In this document: positions 40,039 to 49,913 of the stretch, piece after piece
Numbering within the stretch: position 1 is the first letter of the stretch
Layout: the number at the start of each line of letters is the position of its first letter
NCBI GenBank assembly: GCA_963724765.1
Contig: CAVRVY010000003.1
Coordinates: 992,001-1,056,000 of the forward strand
DNA length: 64,000 nucleotides
Direction of reading: 5' to 3'
Source: an uncultured delta proteobacterium
Lineage (GTDB): Bacteria; Desulfobacterota; Binatia; Binatales; Binataceae
Position numbers and translations under genes: made by a program
The notes under the pieces: model-generated
Seen by the model: the letters and a program-made list of their open reading frames with translations, nothing else
Database searches by the model: none
Told to the model about the DNA's origin: nothing

Positions 40039-43000
40039 TGCGAGTTTCCATCCTTCGGCGACGCTGCTGGCGTTTGCTTAAGCGAGTAGAAGAGTTCCCA
40101 CAAGCTCGGCACCAGAAAGAGCGTCATCACAAGCGAGACCGTAAGGCCGCCGATTACCGAGCGCGCCAGCGGCGCGGAAGCTGCCGAGCCGGGCTCGAGC
40201 GCCATGGCCAGGGGCGCGAGGCCGGCGACTGTGGCCAGCGAGGTCATGAGGATGGGCCGCATGCGGATTCGCGCCGCCTCGACCGCGGCGTCGCGCAGCG
40301 GATGGCCAGCGAGGCGGCGCTCATTGGCGAAATCGATGAGCAGGATGGCGTTGGAGACGACGATCCCGATCATCACGATGACGCCCATCATCGATTCGAC
40401 ATTGATCGTGGTGTGGGTGGCCCAGAGCATCCAAGCCACGCCAATCAGGCCCATCGGCACCGAAAAAAGAAAAATCAAAGGATCGAGCCACGAGCTGCTC
40501 TGCGCCACGCCAACCAGATAGACAACGACGACGGCGAGCAAGAACCCGCCCTCCATGCTTTTGAAGGTCCTCTGCATGTTGACCACCGAGCCGCGAAAAT
40601 AAACTCTGACGTTGCGCGGCGGCTGCAAATTCTTGAGAGCCCGCTTCACGGCGTCCAGCGTACCGCCCAGGTCGCTGGTGCGAGGCGAGATCAGCACGTC
40701 CACGACGCGCTGGATGTTGTAGTGATCGGCTTCGGAAGGATAACGCGTTGGCCGCACGGTGGCGACGTCGCCGAGCAGAATGGATTGCTCATGACCCATG
40801 GCCGCGTCGCCCGGGGAACGGGCACTGGTGTAATTGTAGTCGTGATAGTTCGAACCAAGCCGAGTGCCGACTGGAATATCCAGGAGGGTGTGGAGCGAAT
40901 TAATATGTTCCTCGAAGTACTGGGCACTCAGATAGTAATCGTCCCCGTTGCGCGGGTCGATCCAGATGGACGGCTTGATCATGTTATTGCTATTAAGCGC
41001 GGTGATCAAATTGGTGATCACGGAGCGTTCCGTTATGCCCAGGCGCGCGGCTTTGGTGCGGTCCACGTTGATGTTCAAGGTGGGATAGCCGGCCACCTGC
41101 TTGATCATCAGCTGGCCCACTTCAGGCACCGAATTCAGCCGGGCTTCGACTTCGCGCGCAGTGGCGAACAGGGGCCCATAGTCCTCGCTCATGGGAGCGC
41201 TAAGCTGCACATTGATTGGCGCGCGCTCCCCGAAGTCGAGCACGGCGTCGACGATGCTGCCGGAGCTGAAGAACGTTTTTACGTTCGGCATTTCGCGGGC
41301 GATGGCTGAGCGTACCGCCTGCCGATAGTATGCGGTCGGCCGCTTGTGTCCGCTACGCAGGGCCACCATTATCTGGCCGGTGTCTTCGCCGGAATTCGGC
41401 GTATAGAGCGCCGAGATGTTGGGGACGACGCCCAGATTCGCGACGACATTTTCCAGATCAGACGGAGGCACTACACGATGAATGAGGGCGTTGATTTGCT
41501 GCGCCGTCATCGAGGTGAGTTCGAGCCGGGTGCCGACCGGCGTAACGATACTGATGGTGAACTTGCCGGAGTCGGTTTCCGGGAACATTCTAGTTCCAAG
41601 CCGTGGGAAGATGAACATCGAAGCAACGAATACTACGAGCGCCCCGCCGATTAGCAGGAACTTATGATTCATGGTCTGGTCGAGCAATGCGGCAAAACGC
41701 CTGGAAAACCGTTGGTAGCCCCGGTCGAAGGCCGCCAGGGGCCCGCGCCGATTATCAACGCCGGTTTTTTCGCGTTCCTCAGCCTGCCGGGCCTCTTCAG
41801 GATTAAGCAAGCGCGCGCAATAGATCGGAATAATCGACATCGAAACAATGTACGAGGCAACCATTGAAAAGAAGACCGCCAGCGCCAGGGCGCTGAAAAG
41901 CCTTTTGCTTACACCGAAGAGAAAAATCACCGGCAGGAAGACGACAATAGTGCTGATGGTCGATGCGAGGACCGCATAGGTCACTTCTCCAGCACCGTCG
42001 GCGGCCGCTTGTTCGGGTTTCTTGCCCATCGCGAGATGGCGGTTGATGTTTTCCAGCACGACGGTGGAGTCATCAACCAGGCGGCCGATCGCGAGTGTGA
42101 ACCCGCCGAGGGTCATGAGATTGATGGTTTGATCGCTTAGCGAGAGGCCCACCACGCCCGCCAGAATCGACAGCGGTATCGACAGGAAAATAGCGAAGGT
42201 GGATCGGAAGCTTCCGAGGAAGATGAGAATCATCAGCGAGGCGAGCAATGCGCCTGACACCGCCTCGTGTTCGAGCGCATGGACGGCGTCCAGGATGGTT
42301 CCGGCCTGGCTGAAGAGGGTTCCCACCTTCATATTGGGCGGCAAGCCAGTGACTTTTTGAACCGCATGCTTGACGCCGTCGATGACAGCCAAGGTGTTGG
42401 CGCCGGTTTGCTTGAAGATGGGAATATAGACGGAGGGTTTGCCGTCGATCAGCACCTGGTTGTACTGGATCGCGGAGGCCTTCTGTGCGTGGCCAATATC
42501 GCCAAAGTAGGTCGGTGCCTGGCTTGGACCGATCTTGATCGGGACGTGATTGAGCGCCTCGGCGGTGGGAATCTGAGCGTTAGAATAGATGTACCAGTCG
42601 TATGGACCGATTTTGGCATCGCCCGACGGAAGGATTTGATTGGTCGCGTTGATGGCGTTTACGGCATCATCCAGTGTGATGCCCTGGGCCTGAAGCTTCT
42701 GACGGTCAACATAGGCCATGATCTGGCGAATTTTGCCGCCGAACGGATAGGGCACCGAGGCACCTTCGACGGTGGCCATGAAATTGCGGACATTGTAGCG
42801 GCCTTCGTTCTGCAACTCGGTTTCGCTGTAAGGACCCGAGACCGTAACGAGGATTACTGGAATCGAGGACGAGGCGTTGTACTCCAAGACCAGCGGCGGC
42901 AAGGTACCCGGCGGCATCAACCCCAGGTCGCCCATGGCGAGCGTTGCCAGATTGGCGGCGCCGACACCGATATCGACGTCGGAATGGAAGTACACGGTGA

Positions 43001-43265
43001 TCGCACTGACGCCCGGAATGGAACGCGACTCGATGTGTTCAATGCCGTTGCCGAGAGTGAAAAAGCGCTCGTAACGGCTGGTAATATCCTGCTCCATCGC
43101 GAGCGGCGCGAATCCAGGATAAAAGGTCGCCACAACCGCGGCTTTGATATAGAGGCGGGGAAAGACGTCAACCGGCATCTGCGCGAACGCCATCACACCG
43201 AGGATCGTGATCAACAGTGCCGCGACGATAATTATATGTGGCTGGCGTAACGAAAACTGCGGCAT
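40035..43265 (-). CDS. RND efflux permease (AcrB/CusA/NolG-like)
   Basis: PVDVFP, GRLVDDSTVVLEN, NAILLID, RMRPILMTS. Confidence 0.95.
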   Translation of the reverse strand: MPQFSLRQPHIIIVAALLITILGVMAFAQMPVDVFPRLYIKAAVVATFYPGFAPLAMEQDITSRYERFFTLGNGIEHIESRSIPGVSAITVYFHSDVDIGVGAANLATLAMGDLGLMPPGTLPPLVLEYNASSSIPVILVTVSGPYSETELQNEGRYNVRNFMATVEGASVPYPFGGKIRQIMAYVDRQKLQAQGITLDDAVNAINATNQILPSGDAKIGPYDWYIYSNAQIPTAEALNHVPIKIGPSQAPTYFGDIGHAQKASAIQYNQVLIDGKPSVYIPIFKQTGANTLAVIDGVKHAVQKVTGLPPNMKVGTLFSQAGTILDAVHALEHEAVSGALLASLMILIFLGSFRSTFAIFLSIPLSILAGVVGLSLSDQTINLMTLGGFTLAIGRLVDDSTVVLENINRHLAMGKKPEQAAADGAGEVTYAVLASTISTIVVFLPVIFLFGVSKRLFSALALAVFFSMVASYIVSMSIIPIYCARLLNPEEARQAEEREKTGVDNRRGPLAAFDRGYQRFSRRFAALLDQTMNHKFLLIGGALVVFVASMFIFPRLGTRMFPETDSGKFTISIVTPVGTRLELTSMTAQQINALIHRVVPPSDLENVVANLGVVPNISALYTPNSGEDTGQIMVALRSGHKRPTAYYRQAVRSAIAREMPNVKTFFSSGSIVDAVLDFGERAPINVQLSAPMSEDYGPLFATAREVEARLNSVPEVGQLMIKQVAGYPTLNINVDRTKAARLGITERSVITNLITALNSNNMIKPSIWIDPRNGDDYYLSAQYFEEHINSLHTLLDIPVGTRLGSNYHDYNYTSARSPGDAAMGHEQSILLGDVATVRPTRYPSEADHYNIQRVVDVLISPRTSDLGGTLDAVKRALKNLQPPRNVRVYFRGSVVNMQRTFKSMEGGFLLAVVVVYLVGVAQSSSWLDPLIFLFSVPMGLIGVAWMLWATHTTINVESMMGVIVMIGIVVSNAILLIDFANERRLAGHPLRDAAVEAARIRMRPILMTSLATVAGLAPLAMALEPGSAASAPLARSVIGGLTVSLVMTLFLVPSLWELFYSLKQTPAASPKDGNSQ

Positions 43266-43803
43266 CTTTTCAAGTACTCCCGGCCAGAGGTTAGTTCGAA
43301 TCCAAAGCGCCGTTCAACGATCGAAGGACGTGGATTTCCGCTTGCGGCAGAGCCGAAGAAGCCAGATAGCCGAGAGTCGAGACAACGACGAGTAAGCCAC
43401 GCGCCAGCTGGATGGTCGAAAGCTCGCGGGGCGGGATGACCTGGCGCACCGCGTTCTCCACCTGTTACGCCGCCGCGCGAAGCAGCCGCATAAGGGTGCG
43501 GTCTGGCTGTAGGGATCTCTGTCGTCGGCGCGGCTGGGAGCGATTCGGAGACCGCAGCATTCGCATTCGCGGCGGCGCGGCCGTCCCGCGCGGCAAAGGG
43601 CTCGGCGCGGTCGGCGCGAAAGGCATTGCCTGCCATCGGAGCCGATTCTATCATCGCTCGTCCGTTCGGCAACCCGCCCGGTTGACCCTCCGATAACCCG
43701 CGGCGCTGCGGGGCGCCGACGGGTTTCGATACGCGCGTATTCGCCAATCCTCGGGCGCGTCGCGGCGCGCGGTGGCACAATGGTGTGGTAGGATCGTCAG
43801 GCC

Positions 43804-45843
43804 GTGGCCGACAAAGTGATCGTCCTGCGCCCTGCGCGCAAGGAAGTTGATGAGCGCAGCTTCCGCATCAAGTACGCCGAACTGCTCAATCCCTCGCAGC
43901 TCGCCGCCGTGACCCATCGCGAAGGCCCCATCCTGGTTATCGCCGGCGCCGGCTCGGGCAAGACGCGCACGCTGATTTACCGGGTCGCACGGCTGATCGA
44001 AAGCGGTGTCCCGCCAGGCGCTATCCTGCTGCTGACCTTCACCCGGCGCGCGTCGCAGGAGATGTTGCGGCGAGTCGAGCACCTGGTCGGCGATCGCACG
44101 CGCGCGGTGGCCGGCGGCACCTTTCACTCCTTCGCCAACCTGACGCTGCGCCAGTTCGGCTCCGCAATCGGGCTCAAACCCAATTTCACCATTCTCGACC
44201 GCTCGGACATGGAGGACGTTGTCAACCTGCTGCGGACGCGGATGGGCTTGGGCTCGCGCGATCGCCGCTTTCCCAAAAAGGGCGCCATCACCGAAGCGAT
44301 CAGCATGGCGCGCAACAAGCGGCGCGAGTTGGGTGAAGAGATCGAACTCGACTTTCCGCATCTCGCCGAGCATCGCGATGACCTCGTGCGGTTGGCCGCC
44401 GCTTACGACGCCTACAAGCGAGAGCGCGGATTGCTCGACTACGACGACCTGCTCTACCGCTTGGCCGAGCTGCTCGAGCAGCACGACAACGTCCGCCGGC
44501 GCCTCGGCGAGACTTACCGCTACATCATGATCGACGAGTACCAGGACACCAACCTGATCCAGGCCGAGCTGGTGCGGCTGCTCGCCGCGACCCATCGCAA
44601 CGTGATGGCGGTGGGCGACGACGCGCAATCGATCTATTCGTTTCGCGGCGCCAACTTCCGCAACATCATGGACTTTCCGGAAATCTTCCCCGGCGCGCGC
44701 GTCGTCAAGCTGGAACAGAACTACCGCTCGCTGCAGGGCATCCTCGACGTCGCCAACGAGGTCATCTCGCGCGCCGCCGACAAATACACCAAGGTGCTGG
44801 CCGCCGAGCGCCGCGGCGAGTTCCGCCCGCTGCTGATTCGCGCGCAGGACGAGCACATGCAATCGCGCTTTGTCGCCGAGCGCATCCTGGAGTTGCGCGA
44901 GCAGGGCGTGGAGCTGGGCGAAATCGCGGTGCTGTTCCGCTCCGGCTTCCACTCCTTCGACCTCGAACTCGAACTGCAGCGCCGCGACATCCCGTTCATC
45001 AAGCGCGGCGGCTTCAAGTTCATCGAGACCGCCCATATAAAAGACGTGCTCGCGCATCTGCGCGTGATCGTCAATCCCACCGACGCGGTGTCATGGCTGC
45101 GCGCGCTGATGCTGGTGCCCGGAGTCGGCCATCGCCGCGCCGAGCGCCTGATCGAGGAAATCGTCGCCGCGCCCCAGCCCGAGCAGGCGCTGATGCGCGC
45201 CGCCGAGTCGATCGGCGGTGCTACGCGCTCAAGCGGCGGCGCGGGCGCCGGTGGAACAGCCGCGGCTGCGGAGCGGCTCGCCGCCCTGCTGGCGGAGTTG
45301 CGGCGCGACACCGAAGCGCGACCCGCCGACCAGATTGCGCGGACGCTCGAGTACTACCTGCCGCTGATGCGCGAGAGCTACCCGGACGACTATCCCAAGC
45401 GCGAGCGCGACCTCGAACACTTCCAGACCATCACCGAGCGCTACCGCAGTCTCGAATCGATGCTGGCTGACGTGGCGCTCGAACCGCCCAACGATTCGCT
45501 GGGCGACGTGCTCGCGGTCGAGCCCGAGGAGGGCTACCTGACGCTCAGCACCATCCACTCGGCCAAGGGGTTGGAGTGGCGCGTGGTGTTTTTGATCTGG
45601 GCCGCCGACGGGCGCTTCCCCGGCCCGCAGAGCGTCGGCGCGGAGGAATTGGAAGAGGAGCGCCGCCTGATGTACGTCGCCAGCACACGCGCGCGCGACG
45701 AATTGTACATCTCGTATCCGATTCACATGTTCGACCGCGCGATGGGTTACACGCTCGGCCGCGTGTCGCGGTTTCTGGAAGATGTTTCGGGCGAGGTCCT
45801 GCCTACCGCCTCGCTCCAGGAGTCCGACGAAGAGCCGGGTTGA
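43804..45843 (+). CDS. UvrD/PcrA/Rep-family ATP-dependent helicase
   Basis: AGAGSGKT, DEYQDTN, VGDDAQSIYSFRGA, LEQNYRS, TIHSAKGLEW, EERRLMYVA. Confidence 0.95.
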   Translation: MADKVIVLRPARKEVDERSFRIKYAELLNPSQLAAVTHREGPILVIAGAGSGKTRTLIYRVARLIESGVPPGAILLLTFTRRASQEMLRRVEHLVGDRTRAVAGGTFHSFANLTLRQFGSAIGLKPNFTILDRSDMEDVVNLLRTRMGLGSRDRRFPKKGAITEAISMARNKRRELGEEIELDFPHLAEHRDDLVRLAAAYDAYKRERGLLDYDDLLYRLAELLEQHDNVRRRLGETYRYIMIDEYQDTNLIQAELVRLLAATHRNVMAVGDDAQSIYSFRGANFRNIMDFPEIFPGARVVKLEQNYRSLQGILDVANEVISRAADKYTKVLAAERRGEFRPLLIRAQDEHMQSRFVAERILELREQGVELGEIAVLFRSGFHSFDLELELQRRDIPFIKRGGFKFIETAHIKDVLAHLRVIVNPTDAVSWLRALMLVPGVGHRRAERLIEEIVAAPQPEQALMRAAESIGGATRSSGGAGAGGTAAAAERLAALLAELRRDTEARPADQIARTLEYYLPLMRESYPDDYPKRERDLEHFQTITERYRSLESMLADVALEPPNDSLGDVLAVEPEEGYLTLSTIHSAKGLEWRVVFLIWAADGRFPGPQSVGAEELEEERRLMYVASTRARDELYISYPIHMFDRAMGYTLGRVSRFLEDVSGEVLPTASLQESDEEPG

Positions 45844-45880
45844 GGGCAGGATTTCCAGCAGCCGCCGCCTACTATGCAGC

Positions 45881-46390
45881 TCAGTTCGCGCGAGCAGTCT
45901 TCGGCTTATCCGGGTTGACGAGAGGATACTGGAGCTGCGCGATAACGTCGTTCAAAGAGTTCTTTGCGTCGCCCGCAAGCTCCAGTTGCGCGAATCTGTT
46001 CAGCGCCGACTCGTGAACCACCATCGAATGCGCAACCTCGCGCTCGCTATCCGGAGCGGCGCTCTCAACCGCGCGAAACTTTTCGAGATACCAATTGGTG
46101 ATCCCCGCAATTTCCTCCATATGCTGAAGCCAGGACTTTGACGCATAGCCCTTGGCGAACTCCGCAACCCGCTCGCTCACATCCACCTGCACAATGCTCA
46201 GGCCAAGCTGCGTCAGGAATGGCCGCAATCTGGCTTTGGTTTCTGTTTCAAGCTGAAGAAGCGTCCCCCACTTGTATCGGCGCTCCGCGTTCTCTTCGAG
46301 GCCGACATAACTGGCGAAAACCGCTTCTCCCAATACCTCACCCTGGTACAGGAATTCGTTCACCGCACTGAGATATTCGGTTCGGTTCAT
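45881..46390 (-). CDS. Hypothetical ferritin-like helical protein
   Basis: YQGEVLGE...QLE.ET...HE pattern. Confidence 0.6.
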   Translation of the reverse strand: MNRTEYLSAVNEFLYQGEVLGEAVFASYVGLEENAERRYKWGTLLQLETETKARLRPFLTQLGLSIVQVDVSERVAEFAKGYASKSWLQHMEEIAGITNWYLEKFRAVESAAPDSEREVAHSMVVHESALNRFAQLELAGDAKNSLNDVIAQLQYPLVNPDKPKTARAN

Positions 46391-46647
46391 TTTTGTCCTG
46401 CCCCCATCGATTCGGCAGTAGGATAAACCGTCTCTATTCAAGGTTCAATCGAGTAACTAATTGCTCCGCGCGGCGCGGCTGCCGATCAGTCGCCGAAAAG
46501 ATGGCGGCGATCGGCCGCGTCGAACGGTTTATCGGGCCCGCAAAATCCCTGGTCGGGCATTTGCGCGGTTCCCTGTGCGACCCGTGGCAGCGCCCGCGCG
46601 CGGCGCGCGTCAGCTTCCGGTTCTGGCGACCCGCATAGAGCCAGCGC

Positions 46648-47115
46648 TTACTTGACGTACAGGAAAATCCCCTCGTAGATGAGCGCCGGCTTCTCCTGTC
46701 CTACCACCTCGACCTGAGTCTCCGTCGTGACCTGCGTTCCCTGCGGCTTGGGTTCGACCGCGACCACCCGCGAGCGAGCATGGACCTTGGCGCCAGCCGG
46801 GACGGGCGAGATGAAGCGCAGCTTGTTCGCGCCGTAGTTGACTACGTTGCGGAAGCTCGTGACGTTCCACTCGCGCGGGATTTCGAAGGCGGGTATGAGG
46901 CTGAGCGTGAGAAAGCCGTGCGCGACCGGCGTCTTGAATGGGCTCTCGCGCTTGGCGCGTTCGATATCGACATGGATCCATTGATGGTCGCCGGTCACGT
47001 CGGCGAACTGGTTGATCTTGTCCTGCGTCACGTCGATCGGTTTGCTCCAGGCGCTGAATTCCTGGCTGACCTTCGAGCGAAGTTTGTCGATGTCGTCAAA
47101 GCGGATGTTCTCCAT
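46648..47115 (-). CDS. MaoC/NodN-like dehydratase
   Basis: FADVTGDHQWIHVD, AHGFLTLS, NYGANKLRF. Confidence 0.92.
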   Translation of the reverse strand: MENIRFDDIDKLRSKVSQEFSAWSKPIDVTQDKINQFADVTGDHQWIHVDIERAKRESPFKTPVAHGFLTLSLIPAFEIPREWNVTSFRNVVNYGANKLRFISPVPAGAKVHARSRVVAVEPKPQGTQVTTETQVEVVGQEKPALIYEGIFLYVK

Positions 47116-47208
47116 GGCCTTCCTCCCGTAGCGATACGCGATTGTCCTGGTTTTGTGCGCGTGAGCAAAGCAGCGCGAAAGTTTGAAAGAATAGTTGCAC
47201 GCGCGTCC

Positions 47209-47766
47209 TCAAGCCCCCTGGGCGCCTGCTGCGGCTTTGGCAGATGCGCGAGCGGACGCGCCCCGATCCAGCGATACCGCCGGCTTGCGCGCGCGCGCAA
47301 GCCGCGTCTTGAGCGCAGCCTGTGCGCCCGGTCCGGGAATCATCTTTGCGTCGAGCCATCCGATCGAACGGCCGTCGCGGCTGGTAACGCGGACTTCGAT
47401 CGGCTGGGCGCTGGCGCGGTCGACCACGATCACCGGAACCCGGTCGGGTCCGACTACCCACTGGTCGCCCCATTCCCTAAGCGCCATCAAGACCGGAAAC
47501 AGCGCGCGCCCCTTTTCGGTCATTCGGTATTCGACGCGCCGCGCGTCGTCGGGAACGACGGAGCGCTCCAGAATTCCGCGCGCGACCAGCTTTTTAAGGC
47601 GCGCGGCGAGAATATTGCGGGCGATCCCAAGGTTGCCCTGGAACCGGTCGAAACGCCGCGTGCCCATCAAGGCCTCGCGCACGATCAGGAAGGTCCACCA
47701 CTCGCCGATCTGCTCGAGCGCGCGGGCGATCGAGCAATTCATGTGGGCGAAGGTCTTGCGCCGCAT
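47209..47766 (-). CDS. HxlR-family winged-helix regulator
   Basis: CSIARALEQIGEWWT, RRFD, EYRMTEKG, WG. Confidence 0.92.
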   Translation of the reverse strand: MRRKTFAHMNCSIARALEQIGEWWTFLIVREALMGTRRFDRFQGNLGIARNILAARLKKLVARGILERSVVPDDARRVEYRMTEKGRALFPVLMALREWGDQWVVGPDRVPVIVVDRASAQPIEVRVTSRDGRSIGWLDAKMIPGPGAQAALKTRLARARKPAVSLDRGASARASAKAAAGAQGA

Positions 47767-47769
47767 CAG

Positions 47770-47788
47770 GTAAGCGTAACACGCTTAC
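47770..47788. promoter_or_regulatory. Inverted repeat GTAAGCGT-AAC-ACGCTTAC, putative HxlR operator
   Basis: Perfect 8-bp arms immediately upstream of the regulator's start codon. Confidence 0.55.
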
Positions 47789-47818
47789 GTTTCATGATGC
47801 AACTTATTTTGACCCTCC

Positions 47819-47905
47819 CGGTAGAGGCGGTTCTAGAGACATTTAGAACCGCCTGTAGACCCCCACCTCAATCCTCCCCCACGACAATTGGGGGAGGAAG
47901 TTAAG
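47819..47905 (+). repeat. Dispersed ~87-bp two-hairpin intergenic repeat, copy 1
   Basis: AGGCGGTTCTA/TAGAACCGCCT and CCTCCCCCA/TGGGGGAGG stems; similar to the reverse complement of 57287-57372. Confidence 0.75.
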
Positions 47906-47962
47906 TGTGAGTCAAGACTGTGATCGACCGGGGGCGTGCGGGCCGCCGCGATGAAACCGCGC

Positions 47963-48931
47963 TTACGCGGCCGCCTGCGCGAGGCGTGCGTAGTGGGCCG
48001 CGATCTCGCGTCCGATGATCTCCACCTGCTGCGCCCAGGCTTGCGGCTCGGCCACCGGCCATAGGACGAACTTGTCCAGGCCCAATGCGATATACTCGTC
48101 GACCCGCTTGATGACGTCCTCGGGTGAGCCGAATACAGTGCGGCTGAAAAACTCTTCGCCGCCGCGGTCGAACGAGCGCACCACCGGCTCCAGTTCGGCC
48201 CTGGCGCGCTCGCGCGAGGGGCCCAGGCGGCAGAGCAGAATCAGGCCCGACTCGATACGCGCGTTGGCCCGCCCGTATTCGGCTGCGTAGCCGCGGATGG
48301 CAACCATGTTGCGCGCGAATTCCTCCGGCGTAAGGAAGGAGGCGAAATAACCGTCGGCCATCCGCGCCGTGCGCCGCAGCGCCGCCTCCGACTTGCCGCC
48401 GACCCAGATGTCGATCGTGCCCGAGTCGTTGTTGGTGCGCCGCGCCGGATGCGGCTCGAGCGTTACGTTGTCGAAATTGAAGAAGCGGCCGTGATGGCTC
48501 ACGTTGGATTGGGTCCACACCTTGCGCAGCACGTCGACGCCCTCGTCCAGGCGCCGCCCGCGCGTCTCCAGCGCAATCCCGGTCGCCGCGTAATCGGCCA
48601 GGTTCGCCCCGGTGCCGACCGCCATCACCATCCGCCCGTGCGAGTAGTAGTCGAGCGTCGCGAACGACTTGGCCACCGTCAGCGGATGGCGCAGGTTGAG
48701 CAGCAGCACGCTGGGGCCCAGCTTGATGCGCGAGGTGCGCGAGGCGAGCACCGCTAGGGTTGCGACCACGTCGAGTTCGGGCGAGGGTGACAGCAGATGG
48801 TCCGAGAGCCAGAAGGAGTCGAGTCCCCAGTCCTCGGCCTTCTCGGCCACGTGCACGATGGTTTCTGGCGTCGGCATCCCGAGCCGCCAAAGGCCGAATC
48901 CGACCCCGATCTTGACCTGCTTCATAACCAT
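47963..48931 (-). CDS. LLM-class flavin-dependent oxidoreductase
   Basis: AEDWGLDSFWLSDH, TSRIKLG, ATLD..S.GR, IWVGG. Confidence 0.9.
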   Translation of the reverse strand: MVMKQVKIGVGFGLWRLGMPTPETIVHVAEKAEDWGLDSFWLSDHLLSPSPELDVVATLAVLASRTSRIKLGPSVLLLNLRHPLTVAKSFATLDYYSHGRMVMAVGTGANLADYAATGIALETRGRRLDEGVDVLRKVWTQSNVSHHGRFFNFDNVTLEPHPARRTNNDSGTIDIWVGGKSEAALRRTARMADGYFASFLTPEEFARNMVAIRGYAAEYGRANARIESGLILLCRLGPSRERARAELEPVVRSFDRGGEEFFSRTVFGSPEDVIKRVDEYIALGLDKFVLWPVAEPQAWAQQVEIIGREIAAHYARLAQAAA

Positions 48932-48980
48932 CTCTCCTTAACTATGACCCCTCTCGTTTAGCCGGATAGTACCATAGCGG

Positions 48981-49757
48981 ATGCCCGCCGGATCGGGTAA
49001 TCTGTCGCCGGTGAGCGAGCTTGGAGTAACCGTATTGGGCGCGGGCGATGCCTTCGCAAGCGGAGGCCAGCTTCAGGCCGGCTACGTTATCGAAGCCGAC
49101 GGAGCGCATATTCTGATGGAAGCCGGGCCGACGTTGCTCCCGGCGCTCAAGCGCGCCAGGATCAATCCCGCCGATCTCGACTTCATTCTTATCAGCCATC
49201 TGCATGGCGACCATTTCGCCGGGTTGCCCTTCCTGATGCTGCAGTACATGTGGGAGAGCCCGCGCAAGCGCATACTGACCATCGCTGGCCCGCGGCATCT
49301 CGAGCAGCGCACCCGTGCACTCTTTCATAACATGTATCCTGGTATGAATACGCACCCACTGATGCGCAAGCTGAGGTTCGTCGAGCTCGAGGCCGGACGG
49401 ACCGTGCGCGTGGGCCCGGCGCGCGTCGCCACCATCCGCACGCCGCATACCAAGCCCGACGTATCGCTCGCGCTGCGGGTGACCATCGGCGGCAGATCGT
49501 TGGCGTTCTCGGGCGACAGCGGATGGACCGACGAACTGGTGAAAATTAGCGCGGGTGCGGATTTGTTCCTGTGCGAGTGCACTTACTTCGAGAGCAACCA
49601 TCTCGAGTTCCATCTCAACTACCCGACCATCGAACGCAACCGCGGCCGCTTCACGGCCAAGCGCATGATCCTGACGCATCTGGGCCGCGAAGTGCTCGAG
49701 CGCCATGGCGATGTCGGGATGGAGATGGCGAAAGACCTGATGAAAATCACCGCCTGA
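48981..49757 (+). CDS. MBL-fold hydrolase (RNase Z-like); start possibly GTG 49011
   Basis: SHLHGDH, FSGDS, LTH. Confidence 0.88.
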   Translation: MPAGSGNLSPVSELGVTVLGAGDAFASGGQLQAGYVIEADGAHILMEAGPTLLPALKRARINPADLDFILISHLHGDHFAGLPFLMLQYMWESPRKRILTIAGPRHLEQRTRALFHNMYPGMNTHPLMRKLRFVELEAGRTVRVGPARVATIRTPHTKPDVSLALRVTIGGRSLAFSGDSGWTDELVKISAGADLFLCECTYFESNHLEFHLNYPTIERNRGRFTAKRMILTHLGREVLERHGDVGMEMAKDLMKITA

Positions 49758-49913
49758 TGGGCCGATGAAAATCACCACCGACGGCCTTTGAGCCGCGCCC
49801 GCGGGCTGGCTATGCTCGTGGGTGGGCGGTTGTCCACCCGCGCGCCGGTTTTCGACCCGGCGTGCCGCGGCGGCCCGCGCAAACAAGTAAGAAAAGAACA
49901 AAGGAGCCTCCCG

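Noticed and set aside
43232-43780. ORFs of 154-182 aa in the RND-UvrD spacer
   Set aside because: Low-complexity Ala/Arg/Pro sequence, overlapping alternative frames and no motif; not called as genes.
43804-45843. UvrD helicase as part of a defence system such as Gabija
   Set aside because: Host-like codon usage, no adjacent nuclease or ATPase partner; looks like a housekeeping PcrA/UvrD paralogue.
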